The notes under the pieces are model-generated. The model did not search any database, had not been told where the DNA came from, and was given only the letters and a program-made list of their open reading frames with translations. From Eledone cirrhosa (Eukaryota): a stretch of 64,000 nucleotides of DNA. Below are positions 43,550-58,790 of this stretch, in pieces. The translations under genes and the position numbers were made by a program. How positions within the stretch are numbered: the stretch's first letter is position 1; each line of letters starts with the position of its first letter. The stretch covers positions 49,104,001 to 49,168,000 of the forward strand of contig OZ024741.1 in assembly GCA_964016885.1 (NCBI GenBank), given 5' to 3'.

Positions 43550-46500
43550 CTGTGATAATGGGGAGTTACTATACCAGTAGTAACTAGTCTATACTAGATA
43601 TATTACTGTGATAATGGGGAGTTACTATACCAGTAGAAACTAGTCTATACTAGATCTCTTACTGTGATAATGTGGAGTTACACTAACAGTAGTAACTAGT
43701 CTATACTAGATCTATTACTGTGATAATGAAGAGTTACTATACCAGTAGTAACTAGTCTATACTAGATCTATTACTGTGATAATGTGGAGTTACAATACCA
43801 GTAGTAACTAGTCTATACTAGATCTATTACTGTGATAATGAAGAGTTACTATACCAGTAGTAACTAGTCTATACTAGATCTATTACTGTGATAATGTGGA
43901 GCTACTATACCAGTAGTAACTAGTCTATACTAGATCTATTACTGTGATAATGTGGAGTTACTGTACCAGTAGTAACTAGTCTATACTAGATCTATTACTG
44001 TGATAATGGGGAGTTACTATACCAGTAGTAACTAGTCTATACTAGATCTATTACTGTGATAATGGGGAGTTACTATACCAGTAGTAACTAGTCTATAATA
44101 GATCTATTACTGTGATAATGTGGAGTTACTATACCAGTAGTAACTAGTCTATACTAGATCTATTACTGTGATAATGTGGAGTTACTATACCAGTAGTAAC
44201 TAGTCTATACTAGATCTATTACTGTGATAATGGGGTGTTACTATACCAGTAGTAACTAGTCTATACTAGATCTATTACTGTGATAATGGGGAGTTACTAT
44301 ACCAGTAGTAACTAGTCTATACTAGATCTATTATTGTGATAATGGGGCGTTACTATACCAGTAGTAACTAGTCTATACTAGATCTATTACTGTGATAATG
44401 GGGAGTTACTATACCAGTAGAAACTAGTCTATACTAGATCTCTTACTGTGATAATGTGGAGTTACACTACCAGTAGTAACTAGTCTATACTAGATCTATT
44501 ACTGTGATAATGAAGAGTTACTATACCAGTAGTAACTAGTCTATACTAGATCTATTACTGTGATAATGTGGAGTTACTATACCAGTAGTAACTAGTCTAT
44601 ACTAGATCTATTACTGTGATAATGTAGAGTTACTATACCAGTAGTAACTAGTCTATACTAGATCTATTACTGTGATTATGTGGACTTACTCTACCAGTAG
44701 TAACTAGTCTATACTAGATCTATTACAGTGATAATGTGGAGTTACTGTACCAGTAGTAACTAGTCTATACTAGATCTATTACTGTGATAATGGGGAATTA
44801 CTATACCAGTAATAACTAGTCTATACTAGATCTATTACTGTGATAATGTGGAGTTACTAAATCAGTAGTAACTAGTCTATACTAGATCTATTACTGTGAT
44901 AATGGGGTGTTACTATACCAGTAGTAACTCGTCTATACTGGATCTATTACTGTGATAATGGGGAGTTACTATACCAGTAGTAACTAGTCTATACTAGATC
45001 TATTACTGTGATAATGGGGAGTTACTATACCAGTAGAAACTAGTCTATATTAGATCTATTACTGTGATAATGGGGAGTTACTATACCAGTAGAAACTAGT
45101 CTATACTAGATCTATTACTGTGATAATGGGGAGTTACTATACCAGTAGAAACTAGTCTATACTAGATCTATTACTGTGATAATATGGAGTTACACTACCA
45201 TTAGTAACTAGTCTATACTAGATCTATTACTGTGATAATGTGGAGTTACTATACCAGTAGAAACTAGTCTATACTAGATCTATTAATGTGATAATGGGGA
45301 GTTACTATACCAGTAGAAACTAGTCTATAATAGATCTATTACTGTGATAATGGGGAGTTACTATACCAGTAGTAACTAGTCTATACTAGATATATTACTG
45401 TGATAATGGGGAGTTACTATACCAGTAGAAACTAGTCTATACTAGATCTCTTACTGTGATAATGTGGAGTTACACTACCAGTACTAACTAGTCTATACTA
45501 GATCTATTACTGTGATAATGAAGTGTTACTATACCAGTAGTAACTAGTCTATACTAGATCTATTACTGTGATAATGAAGAGTTACTATACCAGTAGTAAC
45601 TAGTCTATACTAGATCTATTACTGTGATAATGAAGAGTTACTATACCAGTAGTAACTAGTCTATACTAGATCTATTACTGTGATAATGTGGAGTTACTGT
45701 ACCAGTAGTAACTAGTCTATACTAGATCTATTACTGTGATAATGGGGAGTTACTATACCAGTAGTAACTAGTCTATACTAGATCTATTACTGTGATAATG
45801 GGGAGTTACTATACCAGTAGTAACTAGTCTATACTAGATCTATTATTGTGATAATGTGGAGTTACTATACCAGTAGTAACTAGTCTATACTAGATCTATT
45901 ACTGTGATAATGGGGTGTTACTATACCAGTAGTAACTAGTCTATACTAGATCTATTACTGTGATAATGGGGAGTTACTATACCAGTAGTAACTAGTCTAT
46001 ACTAGATCTATTACTGTGATAATGTGGAGTTACTATACCAGTAGTAACTAGTCTATACTAGATCTATTACTGTGATAATGGGGATTTACTATACCAGTAG
46101 TAACTAGTCTATACTAGATCTATTACTGTGATAATGGGGAGTTACTATACCAGTAGTAACTAGTCTATACTAGATATATTACTGTGATAATGGGGAGTTA
46201 CTATACCAGTAGAAACTAGTCTATACTAGATCTCTTACTGTGATAATGTGGAGTTACACTAACAGTAGTAACTAGTCTATACTAGATCTATTACTGTGAT
46301 AATGAAGAGTTACTATACCAGTAGTAACTAGTCTATACTAGATCTATTACTGTGATAATGTGGAGTTACAATACCAGTAGTAACTAGTCTATACTAGATC
46401 TATTACTGTGATAATGAAGAGTTACTATACCAGTAGTAACTAGTCTATACTAGATCTATTACTGTGATAATGTGGAGCTACTATACCAGTAGTAACTAGT

Positions 46501-48700
46501 CTATACTAGATCTATTACTGTGATAATGTGGAGTTACTGTACCAGTAGTAACTAGTCTATACTAGATCTATTACTGTGATAATGGGGAGTTACTATACCA
46601 GTAGTAACTAGTCTATACTAGATCTATTACTGTGATAATGGGGAGTTACTATACCAGTAGTAACTAGTCTATAATAGATCTATTACTGTGATAATGTGGA
46701 GTTACTATACCAGTAGTAACTAGTCTATACTAGATCTATTACTGTGATAATGTGGAGTTACTATACCAGTAGTAACTAGTCTATACTAGATCTATTACTG
46801 TGATAATGGGGTGTTACTATACCAGTAGTAACTAGTCTATACTAGATCTATTACTGTGATAATGGGGAGTTACTATACCAGTAGTAACTAGTCTATACTA
46901 GATCTATTATTGTGATAATGGGGCGTTACTATACCAGTAGTAACTAGTCTATACTAGATCTATTACTGTGATAATGGGGAGTTACTATACCAGTAGAAAC
47001 TAGTCTATACTAGATCTCTTACTGTGATAATGTGGAGTTACACTACCAGTAGTAACTAGTCTATACTAGATCTATTACTGTGATAATGAAGAGTTACTAT
47101 ACCAGTAGTAACTAGTCTATACTAGATCTATTACTGTGATAATGTGGAGTTACTATACCAGTAGTAACTAGTCTATACTAGATCTATTACTGTGATAATG
47201 TAGAGTTACTATACCAGTAGTAACTAGTCTATACTAGATCTATTACTGTGATTATGTGGACTTACTCTACCAGTAGTAACTAGTCTATACTAGATCTATT
47301 ACAGTGATAATGTGGAGTTACTGTACCAGTAGTAACTAGTCTATACTAGATCTATTACTGTGATAATGGGGAATTACTATACCAGTAATAACTAGTCTAT
47401 ACTAGATCTATTACTGTGATAATGTGGAGTTACTAAATCAGTAGTAACTAGTCTATACTAGATCTATTACTGTGATAATGGGGTGTTACTATACCAGTAG
47501 TAACTCGTCTATACTGGATCTATTACTGTGATAATGGGGAGTTACTATACCAGTAGTAACTAGTCTATACTAGATCTATTACTGTGATAATGGGGAGTTA
47601 CTATACCAGTAGAAACTAGTCTATATTAGATCTATTACTGTGATAATGGGGAGTTACTATACCAGTAGAAACTAGTCTATACTAGATCTATTACTGTGAT
47701 AATGGGGAGTTACTATACCAGTAGAAACTAGTCTATACTAGATCTATTACTGTGATAATATGGAGTTACACTACCATTAGTAACTAGTCTATACTAGATC
47801 TATTACTGTGATAATGTGGAGTTACTATACCAGTAGAAACTAGTCTATACTAGATCTATTAATGTGATAATGGGGAGTTACTATACCAGTAGAAACTAGT
47901 CTATAATAGATCTATTACTGTGATAATGGGGAGTTACTATACCAGTAGTAACTAGTCTATACTAGATATATTACTGTGATAATGGGGAGTTACTATACCA
48001 GTAGAAACTAGTCTATACTAGATCTCTTACTGTGATAATGTGGAGTTACACTACCAGTACTAACTAGTCTATACTAGATCTATTACTGTGATAATGAAGT
48101 GTTACTATACCAGTAGTAACTAGTCTATACTAGATCTATTACTGTGATAATGAAGAGTTACTATACCAGTAGTAACTAGTCTATACTAGATCTATTACTG
48201 TGATAATGAAGAGTTACTATACCAGTAGTAACTAGTCTATACTAGATCTATTACTGTGATAATGTGGAGTTACTGTACCAGTAGTAACTAGTCTATACTA
48301 GATCTATTACTGTGATAATGGGGAGTTACTATACCAGTAGTAACTAGTCTATACTAGATCTATTACTGTGATAATGGGGAGTTACTATACCAGTAGTAAC
48401 TAGTCTATACTAGATCTATTATTGTGATAATGTGGAGTTACTATACCAGTAGTAACTAGTCTATACTAGATCTATTACTGTGATAATGGGGTGTTACTAT
48501 ACCAGTAGTAACTAGTCTATACTAGATCTATTACTGTGATAATGGGGAGTTACTATACCAGTAGTAACTAGTCTATACTAGATCTATTACTGTGATAATG
48601 TGGAGTTACTATACCAGTAGTAACTAGTCTATACTAGATCTATTACTGTGATAATGGGGATTTACTATACCAGTAGTAACTAGTCTATACTAGATCTATT
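43550..48700. repeat. Tandem duplication of a 46-monomer (2,576-bp) block
   Basis: ACTAAATCAG is at 44856 and 47432. ATACTAGATAT is at 43591 and 46167. Both offsets are 2,576. Confidence 0.85.
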
Positions 48701-51700
48701 ACTGTCATAATGTGGAGTTACTATACCAGTAGTAACTAGTCTATACTAGATCTATTACTGTGATAATGGGGTGTTACTATACCAGTAGTAACTAGTCTAT
48801 ACTAGATCTATTACTGTGATAATGGGGAGTTACTATACCAGTAGTAACTAGTCTATACTAGAACTAATACTGTGATAATGGGGTGTTACTATACCAGTAT
48901 TAACTAGTCTATACTAGATCTATTACTGTGATAATGGGGAGTTACTATACCAGTAGAAACTAGTCTATACTAGATCTCTTACTGTGATAATGTGGAGTTA
49001 CACTACCAGTAGTAACTAGTCTATACTAGATCTATTACTGTGATAATGAAGAGTTACTATACCAGTAGTAACTAGTCTATTCTAGATCTATTACTGTGAT
49101 AATGTGGAGTTACTATACCAGTAGTAACTAGTCTATACTAGATCTATTACTGTGATAATGTGGAGTTACTGTACCAGTAGTAACTAGTCTATACTAGATC
49201 TATTACTGTGATAATGGGGAGTTACTATACCAGTAGTAACTAGTCTATACTAGGTCTATTACTGTGATAAGGTGGAGTTACTATACCAGTAGTAACTAGT
49301 CTATACCAGATCTATTACTGTGATAATGGGGTGTTACTATACCAGTAGTAACTAGTCTATACTAGATCTATTACTGTGACAATGGGGAGTTACTATACCA
49401 GTAGTAACTAGTCTATACTAGACCTATTACTGTGATAATGGGGAGTTACTATACCAGTAGAAACTAGTCTATACTAGATCTATTACTGTGATAATGGGGA
49501 GTTACTATACCAGTAGAAACTAGTCTATACTATATCTATTACTGTGATAATGGGGAGTTACTATACCAGTAGAAACTAGTCTATACTAGATCTATTACTG
49601 TGATAATGGGGTGTTACTATACCATTAGTAACTAGTCTATACTAGATCTATTACTGTGATAATGTGGAGTTACTATACCAGTAGAAACTAGTCTATACTA
49701 GATCTATTAATGTGATAATGGGGAGTTACTATACCAGTAGAAACTAGTCTATAATAGATCTATTACTGTGATAATGGGGAGTTACTATACCAGTAGTAAC
49801 TAGTCTATACTAGATCTATTACTGTGATAATGGGGTGTTACTATACCATTAGTAACTAGTCTATACTAGATCTATTACTGTGATAATGTGGAGTTACTAT
49901 ACCAGTAGAAACTAGTCTATACTAGATCTATTAATGTGATAATGGGGAGTTACTATACCAGTAGAAACTAGTCTATAATAGATCTATTACTGTGATAATG
50001 GGGAGTTACTATACCAGTAGTAACTAGTCTATACTAGATCTATTACTGTGATAATGAAGTGTTACTATACCAGTAGTAACTAGTCTATACTAGATCTATT
50101 ACTGTGATAATGAAGAGTTACTATACCAGTAGTAACTAGTCTATACTAGATCTATTACTGTGATAATGAAGAGTTACTATACCAGTAGTAACTAGTCTAT
50201 ACTAGATCTGTTACTGTGATAATGTGGAGTTACTGTACCAGTAGTAACTAGTCTATACTAGATCTATTACTGTGATAATGGGGAGTTACTATACCAGTAG
50301 TAACTAGTCTATACTAGATCTATTACTGTGATAATGGGGAGTTACTATACCAGTAGTAACTAGTCTATACTAGATCTATTATTGTGATAATGTGGAGTTA
50401 CTATACCAGTAGTAACTAGTCTATACTAGATCTATTACTGTGATAATGTGGTGTTACTATACCAGTAGTAACTAGTCTATACTAGATCTATTACTGTGAT
50501 AATGGGGAGTTACTATACCAGTAGTAACTAGTCTATACTAGATCTATTACTGTGATAATGTGGAGTTACTATACCAGTAGTAACTAGTCTATACTAGATC
50601 TATTACTGTGATAATGGGGATTTACTATACCAGTAGTAACTAGTCTATACTAGATCTTTTACTGTGATAATGTGGAGTTACTGTACCAGTAGTAACTAGT
50701 CTATACTAGATCTATTACTGTGATAATGAAGAGTTACTATACCAGTAGTAACTAGTCTATACTAGATCTATTACTGTGATTATGTGGACTTACTCTACCA
50801 GTAGTAACTAGTCTATACTAGATCTATTACAGTGATAATGTGGAGTTACTGTACCAGTAGTAACTAGTCTATACTAGATCTATTACTGTGATAATGGGGA
50901 ATTACTATACCAGTAATAACTAGTCTATATTAGATCTATTACTGTGATAATGTGGAGTTACTAAATCAGTAGTAACTAGTCTATACTAGATCTATTACTG
51001 TGATAATGGGGTGTTACTATACCAGTAGTAACTCGTCTATACTGGATCTATTACTGTGATAATGGGGAGTTACTATACCAGTAGTAACTAGTCTATACTA
51101 GATCTATTACTGTGATAATGGGGAGTTACTATACCAGTAGAAACTAGTCTATATTAGATCTATTACTGTGATAATGGGGAGTTACTATACCAGTAGAAAC
51201 TAGTCTATACTAGATCTATTACTGTGATAATGGGGAGTTACTATACCAGTAGAAACTAGTCTATACTAGATCTATTACTGTGATAATGAAGAGTTACTAT
51301 ACCAGTAGTAACTAGTCTATACTAGATCTATTACTGTGATAATGTGGCGCTACTGTACCAGTAGTAACTAGTCTATACTAGATCTATTACTGTGCTAATG
51401 TGGAGTTACTATACCAGTAGAAACTAGTCTATACTGGATCTACTTCTGTGATACTGTGGAGTTACTGTACCAGTAGTAACTAGTCTATACTAGATTTACA
51501 ACTGGGATAATGTGGAGTTACTATACCAGTAGTAACTAGTCTATACTAGATCTATTACTGTGATAACATGGAGTTACACTACCAGTAGTAACTAGTCTAT
51601 TCTAGATCTATTACAGTGATAATGAAGAGTTACAATACCAGTAGTAACTAGTCTATACTAGATCTATTACTGTGATAATGTGGAGTTACTATACCAGTAG

Positions 51701-54700
51701 TAACTAGTCTATACTAGATCTATTACTGTGATAATGTGGAGTTACTGTACCAGTAGTAACTAGTCTATACTAGATCTATTACTGTGATAATGGGGAGTTA
51801 CTATACCAGTAGTAACTAGTCTATACTAGATATATTACTGTGATAATGGGGAGTTACTATACCAGTAGAAACTAGTCTATACTAGATCTCTTACTGTGAT
51901 AATGTGGAGTTACACTAACAGTAGTAACTAGTCTATACTAGATCTATTACTGTGATAATGAAGAGTTACTATACCAGTAGTAACTAGTCTATACTAGATC
52001 TATTACTGTGATAATGTGGAGTTACAATACCAGTAGTAACTAGTCTATACTAGATCTATTACTGTGATAATGAAGAGTTACTATACCAGTAGTAACTAGT
52101 CTATACTAGATCTATTACTGTGATAATGTGGAGCTACTATACCAGTAGTAACTAGTCTATACTAGATCTATTACTGTGATAATGTGGAGTTACTGTACCA
52201 GTAGTAACTAGTCTATACTAGATCTATTACTGTGATAATGGGGAGTTACTATACCAGTAGTAACTAGTCTATACTAGATCTATTACTGTGATAATGGGGA
52301 GTTACTATACCAGTAGTAACTAGTCTATAATAGATCTATTACTGTGATAATGTGGAGTTACTATACCAGTAGTAACTAGTCTATACTAGATCTATTACTG
52401 TGATAATGTGGAGTTACTATACCAGTAGTAACTAGTCTATACTAGATCTATTACTGTGATAATGGGGTGTTACTATACCAGTAGTAACTAGTCTATACTA
52501 GATCTATTACTGTGATAATGGGGAGTTACTATACCAGTAGTAACTAGTCTATACTAGATCTATTATTGTGATAATGGGGCGTTACTATACCAGTAGTAAC
52601 TAGTCTATACTAGATCTATTACTGTGATAATGGGGAGTTACTATACCAGTAGAAACTAGTCTATACTAGATCTCTTACTGTGATAATGTGGAGTTACACT
52701 ACCAGTAGTAACTAGTCTATACTAGATCTATTACTGTGATAATGAAGAGTTACTATACCAGTAGTAACTAGTCTATACTAGATCTATTACTGTGATAATG
52801 TGGAGTTACTATACCAGTAGTAACTAGTCTATACTAGATCTATTACTGTGATAATGTAGAGTTACTATACCAGTAGTAACTAGTCTATACTAGATCTATT
52901 ACTGTGATTATGTGGACTTACTCTACCAGTAGTAACTAGTCTATACTAGATCTATTACAGTGATAATGTGGAGTTACTGTACCAGTAGTAACTAGTCTAT
53001 ACTAGATCTATTACTGTGATAATGGGGAATTACTATACCAGTAATAACTAGTCTATACTAGATCTATTACTGTGATAATGTGGAGTTACTAAATCAGTAG
53101 TAACTAGTCTATACTAGATCTATTACTGTGATAATGGGGTGTTACTATACCAGTAGTAACTCGTCTATACTGGATCTATTACTGTGATAATGGGGAGTTA
53201 CTATACCAGTAGTAACTAGTCTATACTAGATCTATTACTGTGATAATGGGGAGTTACTATACCAGTAGAAACTAGTCTATATTAGATCTATTACTGTGAT
53301 AATGGGGAGTTACTATACCAGTAGAAACTAGTCTATACTAGATCTATTACTGTGATAATGGGGAGTTACTATACCAGTAGAAACTAGTCTATACTAGATC
53401 TATTACTGTGATAATATGGAGTTACACTACCATTAGTAACTAGTCTATACTAGATCTATTACTGTGATAATGTGGAGTTACTATACCAGTAGAAACTAGT
53501 CTATACTAGATCTATTAATGTGATAATGGGGAGTTACTATACCAGTAGAAACTAGTCTATAATAGATCTATTACTGTGATAATGGGGAGTTACTATACCA
53601 GTAGTAACTAGTCTATACTAGATATATTACTGTGATAATGGGGAGTTACTATACCAGTAGAAACTAGTCTATACTAGATCTCTTACTGTGATAATGTGGA
53701 GTTACACTACCAGTACTAACTAGTCTATACTAGATCTATTACTGTGATAATGAAGTGTTACTATACCAGTAGTAACTAGTCTATACTAGATCTATTACTG
53801 TGATAATGAAGAGTTACTATACCAGTAGTAACTAGTCTATACTAGATCTATTACTGGGATAATGAAGAGTTACTATACCAGTAGTAACTAGTCTATACTA
53901 GATCTATTACTGTGATAATGTGGAGTTACTGTACCAGTAGTAACTAGTCTATACTAGATCTATTACTGTGATAATGGGGAGTTACTATACCAGTAGTAAC
54001 TAGTCTATACTAGATCTATTACTGTGATAATGGGGAGTTACTATACCAGTAGTAACTAGTCTATACTAGATCTATTATTGTGATAATGTGGAGTTACTAT
54101 ACCAGTAGTAACTAGTCTATACTAGATCTATTACTGTGATAATGGGGTGTTACTATACCAGTAGTAACTAGTCTATACTAGATCTATTACTGTGATAATG
54201 GGGAGTTACTATACCAGTAGTAACTAGTCTATACTAGATCTATTACTGTGATAATGTGGAGTTACTATACCAGTAGTAACTAGTCTATACTAGATCTATT
54301 ACTGTGATAATGGGGATTTACTATACCAGTAGTAACTAGTCTATACTAGATCTATTACTGTCATAATGTGGAGTTACTATACCAGTAGTAACTAGTCTAT
54401 ACTAGATCTATTACTGTGATAATGGGGTGTTACTATACCAGTAGTAACTAGTCTATACTAGATCTATTACTGTGATAATGGGGAGTTACTATACCAGTAG
54501 TAACTAGTCTATACTAGAACTAATACTGTGATAATGGGGTGTTACTATACCAGTATTAACTAGTCTATACTAGATCTATTACTGTGATAATGGGGAGTTA
54601 CTATACCAGTAGAAACTAGTCTATACTAGATCTATTACTGTGATAATGGGGAGTTACTATACCAGTAGAAACTAGTCTATACTATATCTATTACTGTGAT

Positions 54701-54749
54701 AATGTGGAGTTACTATACCAGTAGTAACTAGTCTATACTAGATCTATTA

Positions 54750-57700
54750 CTGTGATAATGTGGAGTTACTATACCAGTAGAAACTAGTCTATACTAGATC
54801 TATTAATGTGATAATGGGGAGTTACTATACCAGTAGAAACTAGTCTATAATAGATCTATTACTGTGATAATGGGGAGTTACTATACCAGTAGTAACTAGT
54901 CTATACTAGATCTATTACTGTGATAATGGGGTGTTACTATACCATTAGTAACTAGTCTATACTAGATCTATTACTGTGATAATGTGGAGTTACTATACCA
55001 GTAGAAACTAGTCTATACTAGATCTATTAATGTGATAATGGGGAGTTACTATACCAGTAGAAACTAGTCTATAATAGATCTATTACTGTGATAATGGGGA
55101 GTTACTATACCAGTAGTAACTAGTCTATACTAGATCTATTACTGTGATAATGAAGTGTTACTATACCAGTAGTAACTAGTCTATACTAGATCTATTACTG
55201 TGATAATGAAGAGTTACTATACCAGTAGTAACTAGTCTATACTAGATCTATTACTGTGATAATGAAGAGTTACTATACCAGTAGTAACTAGTCTATACTA
55301 GATCTGTTACTGTGATAATGTGGAGTTACTGTACCAGTAGTAACTAGTCTATACTAGATCTATTACTGTGATAATGGGGAGTTACTATACCAGTAGTAAC
55401 TAGTCTATACTAGATCTATTACTGTGATAATGGGGAGTTACTATACCAGTAGTAACTAGTCTATACTAGATCTATTATTGTGATAATGTGGAGTTACTAT
55501 ACCAGTAGTAACTAGTCTATACTAGATCTATTACTGTGATAATGTGGTGTTACTATACCAGTAGTAACTAGTCTATACTAGATCTATTACTGTGATAATG
55601 GGGAGTTACTATACCAGTAGTAACTAGTCTATACTAGATCTATTACTGTGATAATGTGGAGTTACTATACCAGTAGTAACTAGTCTATACTAGATCTATT
55701 ACTGTGATAATGGGGATTTACTATACCAGTAGTAACTAGTCTATACTAGATCTATTACTGTGATAATGTGGAGTTACTATACCAGTAGTAACTAGTCTAT
55801 ACTAGATCTATTACTGTGATAATGGGGTGTTACTATACCAGTAGTAACTAGTCTATACTAGATCTATTACTGTGATAATGGGGAGTTACTATACCAGTAG
55901 TAACTAGTCTATACTAGAACTAATACTGTGATAATGGGGTGTTACTATACCAGTAGTAACTAGTCTATACTAGATCTATTACTGTGATAATGGGGAGTTA
56001 CAATACCAGTAGAAACTAGTCTATACTAGATCTCTTACTGTGATAATGTGGAGTTACACTACCAGTAGTAACTAGTCTATACTAGATCTATTACTGTGAT
56101 AATGAAGAGTTACTATACCAGTAGTAACTAGTCTATTCTAGATCTATTACTGTGATAATGTGGAGTTACTATACCAGTAGTAACTAGTCTATACTAGATC
56201 TATTACTGTGATAATGTGGAGTTACTGTACCAGTAGTAACTAGTCTATACTAGATCTATTACTGTGATAATGGGGAGTTACTATACCAGTAGTAACTAGT
56301 CTATACTAGGTCTATTACTGTGATAATGTGGAGTTACTATACCAGTAGTAACTAGTCTATACTAGATCTATTACTGTGATAATGGGGTGTTACTATACCA
56401 GTAGTAACTAGTCTATACTAGATCTACTACTGTGATAATGGGGTGTTACTATACCAGTAGTAACTAGTCTATACTAGATCTATTACTGTGACAGTGGGGA
56501 GTTACTATACCAGTAGTAACTAGTCTATACTAGATCTATTACTGTGATAATGTGGAGTTACTATACCAGTAGAAACTAGTCTATACTAGATCTATTAATG
56601 TGATAATGGGGAGTTACTATACCAGTAGAAACTAGTCTATAATAGATCTATTACTGTGATAATGGGGAGTTACTATACCAGTAGTAACTAGTCTATACTA
56701 GATCTATTACTGTGATAATGAAGAGTTACTATACCAGTAGTAACTAGTCTATACTAGATCTATTACTGTGATAACGTGGAGCTACTATACCAGTAGTAAC
56801 TAGTCTATACTAGATCTATTACTGTGATAATGGGGAGTTACTATACCAGTAGAAACTAATCTATACTAGATCTATTACTGTGATAATGGGGAGTTACTAT
56901 ACCAGTAGAAACTAGTCTATACTAGATCTATTACTGTGATAATGGGGTGTTACTATACCATTAGTAACTAGTCTATACTAGATCTATTACTGTGATAATG
57001 TGGAGTTACTATACCAGTAGAAACTAGTCTATACTAGATCTATTAATGTGATAATGGGGAGTTACTATACCAGTAGAAACTAGTCTATAATAGATCTATT
57101 ACTGTGATAATGGGGAGTTACTATACCAGTAGTAACTAGTCTATACTAGATCTATTACTGTGATAATGGGGTGTTACTATACCATTAGTAACTAGTCTAT
57201 ACTAGATCTATTACTGTGATAATGTGGAGTTACTATACCAGTAGAAACTAGTCTATACTAGATCTATTAATGTGATAATGGGGAGTTACTATACCAGTAG
57301 AAACTAGTCTATAATAGATCTATTACTGTGATAATGGGGAGTTACTATACCAGTAGTAACTAGTCTATACTAGATCTATTACTGTGATAATGAAGTGTTA
57401 CTATACCAGTAGTAACTAGTCTATACTAGATCTATTACTGTGATAATGAAGAGTTACTATACCAGTAGTAACTAGTCTATACTAGATCTATTACTGTGAT
57501 AATGAAGAGTTACTATACCAGTAGTAACTAGTCTATACTAGATCTATTACTGTGATAATGTGGAGTTACTGTACCAGTAGTAACTAGTCTATACTAGATC
57601 TATTACTGTGATAATGGGGAGTTACTATACCAGTAGTAACTAGTCTATACTAGATCTATTACTGTGATAATGGGGAGTTACTATACCAGTAGTAACTAGT

Positions 57701-58790
57701 CTATACTAGATCTATTATTGTGATAATGTGGAGTTACTATACCAGTAGTAACTAGTCTATACTAGATCTATTACTGTGATAATGTGGTGTTACTATACCA
57801 GTAGTAACTAGTCTATACTAGATCTATTACTGTGATAATGGGGAGTTACTATACCAGTAGTAACTAGTCTATACTAGATCTATTACTGTGATAATGTGGA
57901 GTTACTATACCAGTAGTAACTAGTCTATACTAGATCTATTACTGTGATAATGGGGATTTACTATACCAGTAGTAACTAGTCTATACTAGATCTATTACTG
58001 TGATAATGTGGAGTTACTATACCAGTAGTAACTAGTCTATACTAGATCTATTACTGTGATAATGGGGTGTTACTATACCAGTAGTAACTAGTCTATACTA
58101 GATCTATTACTGTGATAATGGGGAGTTACTATACCAGTAGTAACTAGTCTATACTAGAACTAATACTGTGATAATGGGGTGTTACTATACCAGTAGTAAC
58201 TAGTCTATACTAGATCTATTACTGTGATAATGGGGAGTTACTATACCAGTAGAAACTAGTCTATACTAGATCTCTTACTGTGATAATGTGGAGTTACACT
58301 ACCAGTAGTAACTAGTCTATACTAGATCTATTACTGTGATAATGAAGAGTTACTATACCAGTAGTAACTAGTCTACTCTAGATCTATTACTGTGATAATG
58401 TGGAGTTACTATACCAGTAGTAACTAGTCTATACTAGATCTATTACTGTGATAATGTGGAGTTACTGTACCAGTAGTAACTAGTCTATACTAGATCTATT
58501 ACTGTGATAATGGGGAGTTACTATACCAGTAGTAACTAGTCTATACTAGGTCTATTACTGTGATAATGTGGAGTTACTATACCAGTAGTAACTAGTCTAT
58601 ACTAGATCTATTACTGTGATAATGGGGTGTTACTATACCAGTAGTAACTAGTCTATACTAGATCTACTACTGTGATAATGGGGTGTTACTATACCAGTAG
58701 TAACTAGTCTATACTAGATCTATTACTGTGACAGTGGGGAGTTACTATACCAGTAGTAACTAGTCTATACTAGATCTATTACTGTGATAA
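54750..58790. repeat. 40-monomer (2,240-bp) offset duplication
   Basis: GAACTAATAC is at 55917 and 58157. ACAGTGGGGA is at 56491 and 58731. Confidence 0.85.
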
